Shown here piece by piece: positions 55,349 through 64,000 of a stretch of DNA of 64,000 nucleotides. This DNA is from Mobula hypostoma (taxonomy: Eukaryota). The stretch spans positions 167,712,001 through 167,776,000 of the forward strand of contig NC_086097.1 of assembly GCF_963921235.1 (NCBI RefSeq). The letters are read 5' to 3'. A program made the position numbers and the translations under genes. The notes beneath the pieces are model-generated. The model saw nothing but the letters and a program-made list of their open reading frames with translations. It did no database searches and was not told the DNA's origin. Position 1 is the first letter of the stretch; every line of letters starts with the position of its first letter.

Positions 55349-56999
55349 GAAGGAGGTGGACCAGCCCAGTGCAGAGAGTGTTCAACTCCATATAATACTG
55401 AAGATGCTGGAAAGCTGAAATATAACAGAAATGGAAGCACTGAGCAGGTCAGGCAGCATCTGTGTGAAAGAGACGCTGTTCATGTTTCAGGTCTGAGATC
55501 TCCCCTTTATTCTTCACATCTCTCCATCTCCTTGTCTGCTGAAAACTATTGATTCCTTTCACCTTCCCCCCAATTCTGATGACAGGTCTATGATCTAAAC
55601 TATTAACTCTTCCTCTTCCTACAGATGCTACCCAGCCTGCTGAGTGTAACCAACATTTCAGGTTTCACTCTGGTTGTTTCAGAGTTTCAGAGAATATCTA
55701 TTTCTTTATTCCCCAATTCCAGTTTTAGTTAATTACTTGTATTTAAATTTGTGGCTGCCACGGGGGAGGGGGGGATTTGAGCACATGTCTTTGGATCAAC
55801 ATGCAGAGCTCTGCCTACTAAAGCCGTAACTTCTCCACCATGTCACGATAGTCCTTAATAGCCCAACTCGAGCAGTTCTGAAGCAGCAAATAGGTTTGTG
55901 CAATTTTGGAACATGTGAGACAGTCCTGATAGTCAAAAGACTGTGCAGTGTAGCTCTGAAAACTCTAGGATTAGAAAGTTTTATGCTGAATGAAATTCCA
56001 TTTAACTTGTGAGTTTCCCTGGTCAATCAAACCAACTTGAACAAGATGAGATCACTTACGATCATTTTCTCAGGGTACAGGTGTCAAAAACTTGGGCATA
56101 AGTTTAAGGTGAGGGTGGAAAGATCCAAAAGGGCTCTGAGGGGCAACTATTTTGTACAAGGGTGGTACACATGTGGCAGAGGAAGTTATAATTACAATTA
56201 GTGTTTAAAAGATATTTGGATAGATACACAGATTAGAAAGGTTTAAATGGATATGGGCTAAACACATGGAAATGGGGCTTTTTTTTGTCCTTGGTCAGCA
56301 TGAATGAGCTGGGCCAAACAGCCTGTTTCTCTACTGAATGAGGGGGAGTAGAATCTTTATTCGTTTTACAAATCAAGTCAAAGCTACCCGTTTTATAATG
56401 CTTTTTGCCAGTGTTGTCTTTATGAACTGTGCTCACTGTTCTAATGTAAGGCAGATGGCATCCAGTTTTCACACAGCAACGTCTTGTACACAGTCAGGAT
56501 TTAAGGACCAAGGCATCTGTTTTGATCATTTTGGCTGAGACATGGATAGCCTAGGAAGTTGGGGATTTCTCATGTACTTTGTTGGTACTAGAATTCCCAA
56601 CATTCCCACTCTGAGGTGTCATATTGAACGCATTGACTAGCAGCTGTATCACAGAACAAGAACAGGCCCTTGGGCCCATAATTCTGTGCTGACCATGATG
56701 TCAGTCCAACCTAATTCTATCTGCCAGCACATTCCCTGGTCCATTCCCTGCCTGTTCATGTACCAGTCTAAATGTCTCTTATATTATGTTATTGTATCTG
56801 CTTCCACTAACAAATATAAACAAGTAGTTTGGAGAGTGGACCAGTGGAAGTTTAGGGATGAGAAAGGTAGAACATAAATGCACTCTAGCTCTTGCCATGG
56901 TAGCACACACCCAAAATACCGGTACATGGAATGGAACAGTCATTTCTTTTGATGCTTGACATCCCAGCAACTCTCCTGAATGTCATCTTCTGTGTCAGA

Positions 57000-57870
57000 A
57001 CTTCTCAAAACAGACTTGTACCTCAACAATGACAGCCACCATCATGCCTCCCAATGTAGAGTGGTTCTTTACTTTGATTAACTGTGTGAGAACTATTTCG
57101 GACCAGGGGAGTTTCCCCGAGGAAATAGACATTTACACACGATGTTCCTACAGAATAGCTACAAGGTGAAGGAAATCAATCGGGCCCTTAAAAGGAAACC
57201 TAACAAAGAGGATGAACCCATTGCTACCACCTCTCTTCCCTACGGTTCCACAGTTTCTGGAAGGATTGCTAGGATCCTGAAGAAATACTGGATCAATAAC
57301 ATCCACAAACCCATAAGGATGCTCAAATCACAACTTATGTGGGTCAAAGATGATCTGGGACTTTGGTCAGCTGGCGTTTACAGGATTCCCTGTGAATACG
57401 GAGCAGTTTTTATTGACCAGGTGGGACACATGGTGGAAATCCACATCAAGGTGCACAGGAGGTGTATCTGTTTGGGTTACCCAGAGAAATCAGTGATAGA
57501 GCATTGCATTAGCAATGGCCATAGGATCGACTTTGGTGGCACAGAACTACTGTGCCATGCCAATGGCTTTTGGGACTGCTTGGAAAAGGAAGCCATTGAA
57601 ATAAAACTGGAGGAAAAGAATTTTAACAAAGATAAAGGTCTCACTCTTAAGTAAGAACTCGAATTCGATTGTAAATGTGGTGGAGAGCAGAAACCTGATT
57701 GGATGAGGACTAGTCAATCAGGAGGGGTGGACAAAAGGGGTATAAATACCACGAGACTAGGAAAACCCAGGCATTATCCCTGATGAAAACGTCAGGGTTG
57801 GTCATTGAAACATCGGTTAAAATCGATGCTTGTTCCTGGCTTGAAGCTCAAGAAGAGTTTATTCATTATA
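57000..57870 (+). mobile_element. Penelope-like element 3' end: GIY-YIG endonuclease remnant plus pseudo-LTR
   Basis: ORF 57142-57654 has LPY, GVYRIPC..FIDQ, EHC..GH.IDF and EAIEI. Downstream are an inverted CCAAT-like pair (~57694-57722), TATAAA at 57741 and a hammerhead motif. Confidence 0.8.
57776..57818 (+). ncRNA. Hammerhead ribozyme motif of a second Penelope family
   Basis: ATCC-CTGATGA (57780-57786), a degenerate stem II, GAAA (57807-57810), CATC, GGTT. Confidence 0.55.
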
Positions 57871-58204
57871 AGTTACTGATTGCTACCAAAAGTGGGTTGC
57901 CAAAGAATTATGAAGTTTTCTGCACAATCAGTAGCCATTCTGCTAATAGTGCATGCCAAACAGGAAAGGACCCACATGGGTTAATCCCAGTTCCTAGTTC
58001 CAGTCATATGGTTTCAAGTGTTCACCAGGTGGCTTTTTAAAACTTAATTGTCTGCCTCCCTATCCTCTCAGTGGGTTCCAGACTCCCACCATTCACTTGG
58101 ATTGGCAGAGGCTCTGGGCAAGACCTAATGGAGGTTTATAAGATCAAGAGGCATAGATAGACTAGGTAGCCAGTATCTTTGCCCCAGGGTCGAAATGCTT
58201 AATA

Positions 58205-58676
58205 AGGTACTCTCAAGACCGTAGAGAATAATACCATTAAGAAAGTCTTTGACTGCAAGTACCTCGGGTTAAGAATGATGAGTTTGGAGAAGGACATAAA
58301 GATACGGAAGGCGCTGGCAGGGAGGGCTATGAACGACATGAAGGAAATCTGGAAGTCAAACCTGATCAGAGGGCTTAAAAAGAGGATTTTCATAGCAGTC
58401 ATAGAGTGCATTCTCACGTATGGATGTGAGGCGTGGACACTCACCAGGAGGATGCAAAAGTCTCTGGATGGTTGCTATACTCGAATGCTCCGGATGGCTC
58501 TTGACGTGTGTTGGCAACAGCACATAACGAACGTTGAGCTCTATAACGACCTACTGATGCTCACCACTAAAATCGAGGTGAGAAGACTGCAACTAGCGGG
58601 GCACTGTCTACGCCACCCCGAGCTACCTGCCAGCCTAGTCATCATATGGGAGCCCAAGCACGGGAGGATGAACCTG
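58205..58676 (+). mobile_element. RTE-clade LINE fragment
   Basis: KYLG, EKDIKIRKALA, ILTYGCEAWTLT, RRLQLAGHC. Confidence 0.75.
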
Positions 58677-59475
58677 TGAGGTTCACTTTGGTGGCAAGAA
58701 CAGGAAGGCAGGTTACTATCTGAATGGAGTCAAGTTAGGAAAAGGGGAAGTACAACGAGATCTGGGTGTCCTTGTTCATCAGTCACTGAAAGTAAGCATA
58801 CAGGTACAGCAGCCAGTGAAGAAAGCTAATGGCATGTTGGCCTTCATAACAAGGGGAGTTGAGTATAGGTGCAAAGAGGTCCTTCTGCAGTTGTACAAGG
58901 TCCTGGTGAGACCCCACCTGGAGTATTGTGTGCAGTTTTGGTCTCCAAATTTGAGGATGGACATTCTTGCTCTGGAAGGAGTGCAGCATAGGCTCACTGG
59001 GTTAATTCCAGGGATGGCGGGAATGTCATATGTTAAAAGATTGGAGCGACTGGGCCAGTATACGCTGGAATTTAGAAGGATGAGAAGGGCTTTGATTGAA
59101 ACATATAAGATTATTAAGGGATTGGACACGCTAGAGGCAGGAAACATGTTCCCGATGTTGGAGGAGTCCAGAACCAGAGGCCACAGTTTAAGAATAAAGG
59201 GTAGACCATTTAGAACGGAGTTGAGGAAAAACTTTTTCACAGAGAGGGTTGTGGATCTGTGGAATGCTCTGCCTCAGAAGGCAGTGGAGGCCAATTCTCT
59301 GGATGCTTTCAAAAAAGAGTTAGATAGAGCTCTTAAAGATAGCGGAGTGAAGGGATATGGGGAGAAGGCAGGAACAGGGTACTGATTGTGGATGATCAGC
59401 CATGATCACAGTGAATGGCGGTGCTGGCTCAAAGGGCCGAATGGCCTACTTCTGCACCTATCGTCTGTTGTATAT
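58677..59475 (+). mobile_element. CR1 LINE 3' end (same subfamily as 53195-55348, opposite orientation)
   Basis: ORF 58816-59385 aligns closely with 53285-53872 and the 3' UTR is shared. Confidence 0.92.
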
Positions 59476-59665
59476 TATGCAGTTCTAGCATAAACCCTGT
59501 CTTGTACTGTCATGTCTCAAATTGGGGTAGAATTGTATAGAAAGCAGCAAAGTCCAACATCGTGTCTTCTACACATTTTCCAATCTTGATGAAGAGTCAC
59601 GACCCAAAATGTGAAATGTTATTTCCCTCCACGGATGCTGCCTGACCTGCTGAGTTCCTCCTGCA

Positions 59666-59668
<3 letters not shown>

Positions 59669-59700
<32 letters not shown>
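59669..59700. repeat. (TG)16 microsatellite
   Basis: Directly visible. Confidence 0.95.
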
Positions 59701-59702
<2 letters not shown>

Positions 59703-60353
59703 GCTCAGTATCCTGCAGTAATGCTTTCCCTGTGTTGGTGGCAGGTAGTTATCCTGATTGGCCAAACCCTCTTTAGGAATGTGTGGTCCCAGACTAGAGA
59801 TCTAAACAGGGTTCGGCCTAAAAGAATTGACCAATCAGAACAAGGCTAATTCAAACTAACTAATCAGGAATTGGCTGGACAACAGGAATTCTGCAGATGC
59901 TGGAAATTCAAGCAACACACATCAAAGTTGCTGGTGAACGCAGCAGGCCAAGCAGCATCTGTAGGAAGAGGTACAGTCGATGTTTCAGGCCGAGACCCTG
60001 CTGGATCTGACTTGCCTATCAGGATTGAGCATTAAGCCCCACCTATGCCTGCCCACTCGAGAAGGTATACAAGGAGGGGTGTCTTGTGGTCTTGTCATTT
60101 GACTAACTTGTGCGTGAGGAAAACAGTTGTTTACTTTTGAAAAGCTGTAATCAGCGTCTGTAAGTATATGACTGTTAAGGTCACTGTTGTTATTCTCATT
60201 CAATAAGAAACTGTTGCATCACAGTGTTGCATAGAATCATAGAGAGTTATGATATAGTAGGAGACCTATAGCCCTTCCTGCCACTGTAAATTAAAACATG
60301 GGAATATTTGAGTTTACATCCTCTAACCCATGCTAAATCTGAGCCACGTAAAT

Positions 60354-61562
60354 CAGGGGTCCCCAACCTTTTTTGCATTGCGGACCGGTTTCATATTGAC
60401 AATATTCTTGCGGACTGGCTGACCCGGGGGGTGGGGGTGAGGTGGCGGGGTAAGGTTGCCAACGGACAAGAGCAGCAGTCAAATACGTTGTTTACCCTGA
60501 GAAAGACTACAATGACCATGAAGCCTTGCACGGGCACCAGTGCGCATGCATGTGCGTGCCGATCTTCAAATCGTTTCTGGCGATTCTGTTCGCGGGGGGG
60601 TTAATCACGGCCAGAATATAGGTGATATGTGGTTAATACACTCAATTTTGTTTCTAAAAGGGTTTATCTGATGAATTTAATATTAAACACACACCGCATA
60701 TTTTCCTCGCATGAATACAGTGATAAGTCAATTATCAGGGGAGGACAGGGGAGCTTGAAGTAAGTGTTGAACGAACTTCCAGTAGAAGTGGTAGAGGCAG
60801 GTTCGATATTATCATTTAAATAAAAATTGGATAGGTATATGCACAGGAGAGGAATGGAGGGTTATGGGCTGAGTGCAGGTCGGTGGGACTAGGTGAGAGT
60901 AGCGTTCAGCACGGACTAGAAGGGCCGAGATGGCCTGTTTCCGTGCTGTAATTGTTATATGGTTATATAGGTCACTTACAAGTCAATAGCATCATAACAT
61001 TTTAAGTAACGTTTGAATATTAAACACACAGCACATATTTTCCCTGTATGAACATACAAAATCATTGCAACACACCAATATCACTGAATCAGTGGGAGCC
61101 CTGGGCTTGTTTCCCTGCAACAAGACGGTCCTATCGAGGGGTGATGGGAGACAGCGATATTCGAATGGGTTCCTTATGTCCGGTCTATTCCACAACTTAG
61201 TTTTCGTTGCATTCATTGCAGAGGTACGTTGGAAATGGAAACGACATTTTCAGTGCATTCCTGGCTATCTCAGGATATTTAACCTTGACTTTGATCCAGA
61301 ATGCCGGCAGAGATGTTATGTCAAACACACTTTTCAGCCCGTCGTCATTTGCAAGCTCGAGGAGTTGATCTCCTTCCAGCGCTGACATGGATGATGCGCG
61401 GATCATGACCTCGCATGCGTAATGGCTCAACAGTGGGCGTGACAGGGAATGAGGAAAGGTGCAGCTGACTCCTATCGCCAAATCATATCGTTTCCTCACG
61501 GCCCGGTAGCAAATGCTTTACAGCCCGGCACCAGTCCGCGGCCCGGTGGTTGGGGACCGCTG
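60354..61562 (-). mobile_element. hAT-Charlie (MER1/Charlie3-like) non-autonomous transposon carrying an internal CR1 3' end
   Basis: TIRs CAGGGGTCCCCAACC / GGTTGGGGACCGCTG and a perfect 8-bp TSD ACGTAAAT (60346-60353, 61563-61570). hAT C-terminal remnant SLPAFWIKVKVKYPEIARNALK..PFPTYLC; CR1 tail at ~60750-60965. Confidence 0.92.
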
Positions 61563-62051
61563 ACGTAAATGTGGATTTTTACATGTTCTTTGGGTCCCTT
61601 CCTTCATCACTCTCTGACAGTGAATTCCTGATTCCCGTTAGTATTAAAGTGAAAACAACATATTCCCCTTCCTTCTAACAATGAATCTAACTTTCAGTCC
61701 CCTTGCTACTGTCCTCCCTGCTTTATACTGGGCCTTCCAATGTAAGCCTCTCAACTTTAAACAGCTCAGTGAAGCATCTGTACCATGAAAACAACCCCAA
61801 CCTATTCCATCTTTCCTGCCATGGTAAGGAACTGAACCTCCCATCGATGATGCTGTGCCAAACAACTTCTGTCTGAGCATGATCCATATCTTCCATTTTC
61901 TGCAAGTTCATATCCCTTTCTACGAGCTTCATAGTCATAGACATACTTTATTGATCCCGGGGGAAATTGGTTTTTGTTACAGTTGCACCATAAATAATAA
62001 ATAGTAATAGAACCATAATAGTTAAATAGTAATATGTAAATTATGTCAGTA

Positions 62052-62785
62052 AATGTGGTGGAACAGCTTTTGGACATCTCCGAACAAGAGTCTTTCATGA
62101 TCATGACATCCGAACAGACACCAAATTGTTAGTGTACAAAGCAGTGGTGATCCCAACACTCCTGTATCCATCAGAAACCTGGACAACATACCGACGACAT
62201 CTGAAGGCACTTGGAAAGTTCCATCGACACTGTCTTCGAAACATCTTAGATATCAGCTGGGAAGATAGAAGAACCAGCGTCAGCGTGCTAAATGAAGCAA
62301 AAACAACAAGCATTGAAGCCTACGTCATCAAGAACCAACTAAGATGGAGCAGTCATGTTGTTCAGATGAAAGATGAACGTCTGCCGAAATAAATCTTCTA
62401 CTCCCAGCTTAAAGAAGGCAAACATAAAAGAGGCAGACAACAGAAGAGATTCAAAGACGTCTTAAAAGCCAACATGAAGAAATGTAACATCAACATCAAC
62501 AATTGGGAAACCAATGCCAAGGACAGGAAACTCTGGCAAACCATCATCCAAGAAGGAACAGCAACTTTCGAAGCCAACAGATGTGCAAAATTAGAAGAAA
62601 AGGGAAGAAAATGGAAAGAGAGGCAGTAACAACCAAAGCCCAATCTGCCATCTGAACTACCTGTCCTGAATGCGGAAGAACTTTCAAAGTCAAGATTGGA
62701 CTCATAAGCCACTTGAGAGCCCATAAATAAATCAATGGAACAAAGACCATCATCCTCGACCTTGAGGGATAGCTATGACGATGTC
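62052..62785 (+). mobile_element. RTE-clade LINE 3' end
   Basis: VYKAVVIPTLLYPSETWT, QLRWSSHV..RLPK, C-terminal CPECGR..GLISHLRAH, and a short GAT/GAC-repeat tail. Confidence 0.8.
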
Positions 62786-64000
62786 CTGTTTGTCCCCAAG
62801 AATCCCTCCATCTAACTACTTGTCATTTCTTGTGTTGATTCCTGCAGTACTGTAAGTGTATAACCTTGTACTTTAATTTGTCTCTTTATGCCCGTCTAAC
62901 CAGTCTATAGTCGTCTTCCACCAGCCGGTAACTCAAACTTCATCACTATCAACCTCACTGCCAATTTTAGCATCATTGGCAAAATTTTTAACCAAGGCCA
63001 TTTACGTCTCTGTTCCATGAAAGTAGTCCCATCCCTTTCCAGCCCTGATAATGTCCTTGTAAAACTCCGCTGCACCCTTTCTCATACCAATATGTCTACC
63101 CTACATCGTTTCTCTGGTGAATCTCATAAAAAGATGCATTCTGTTGGACATGCTTCTCTAATCACTAAATGTCCCAACAAATGGTTTATCAACTTGCTCA
63201 CAGAGCTAATTTTTATTCTAACTTACTGCTCTCCCTTGTATCCCATGGGTTTATGCTTTGTCAAATGCCTTGGTAAAATTCTCGTTTCCTTGAGGCTTCT
63301 GTTACTCCACCGTTTTCACAACTGATGTAACCATGGCTGTGGTTGTTCAGTATTGCCTATGATTCATTGGTTAGGACTTCAGAGTGTCCCTTGTGGGCAT
63401 CATTTCCTGTCATTCGAAAGCATTCTCCCTTCTGGGTCAAAAGGTTATAGGCTTGAGACTCATGCTAAGGCTTTGAGCCCCATTATCAGTAATGGTTATC
63501 TACATCTATGAACTTAATCTTATATAATCTTTGCTGCCCCTGTCCAAGATTGCAACATTACCCCTCTGTGCTCTCCCTTGCCTGTAAAGCAGTGATATCA
63601 TTCTAAACTCCCAGCTTTGTTTTCATTTCCTCCCGAGCCTTTTCCATTTCTAATTTATTTATTGCTTATTTATCACTATTGCTATTTTTTTTTGTATTTG
63701 CACAGTTGGTTGTCTTCTGTACACTGAACGCCTAAGTTGGTCTTCCACTGATTCTTTTATGGTTATTATTCTTTAATGGATTTATTGAATATGCCACAAG
63801 AAAATTAATCTCAGGGTTGTGTATAGTGATATATATGTACTTTGATAATAAATTTACTTTGAACTTCGAACTTTTTAACATCTGCAAGCCTCCAGTTCTG
63901 GCCCGTCTTAGAGGCTGCTAGAATCTAGAAGCAAGGAGACTTCAGTGAGGCAGATAAGAATCTGGGGGTCTTGGTAGGGTCAATGTAGAGAGGATGTTCC

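Noticed and set aside
53319..59240. Antisense ORFs 53319-53891 and 58779-59240
   Set aside because: These are shadow frames opposite CR1 ORF2.
59745..59875. Inverted CCAAT boxes suggesting an intronic promoter
   Set aside because: They lie among Penelope-like fragments, with no CpG island or downstream exon support.
29517..64000. gnal exon 5 onward (expected EFF.H.K.LW.DEGV..CFERSNEYQLID) or a nested CHMP1B-like gene as in the human GNAL intron
   Set aside because: Not seen by eye or in the ORF track; probably beyond the window. A tBLASTn search would settle it.

Overview
This is eukaryotic, repeat-rich vertebrate DNA. The repeat families (abundant CR1, Rex1/Babar, RTE and L1 LINEs, Penelope-like elements, V-SINE-like pieces) suggest a cartilaginous fish, but that is an inference. 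The only host gene is the 5' half of a Gs-class G-protein alpha subunit on the + strand, best matching GNAL (G-alpha-olf). It has a CpG-rich promoter at about 26.5-26.8 kb and four GT-AG coding exons (27296-27434, 28725-28797, 29183-29237, 29397-29516), followed by an intron of more than 34 kb whose next exon I could not find in the window. Nearly everything else is transposon debris. Notable structures: a young L1 with a precise twin-priming 5' inversion (1-3050); a CDK2/CDK3-type processed pseudogene fragment between a CR1 and a Gypsy LTR element whose RT motif is YLDN; a G-quadruplex-prone 32-bp minisatellite; a cryptic ~40-bp degenerate repeat filling most of gnal intron 1; Penelope-borne minimal hammerhead ribozyme motifs; a tRNA-derived poly(A) SINE with an 11-bp TSD; and a Charlie/MER1-like hAT element with a perfect 8-bp TSD. 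No CRISPR array, rRNA or true tRNA gene was found. Boundaries of old transposable elements are approximate.
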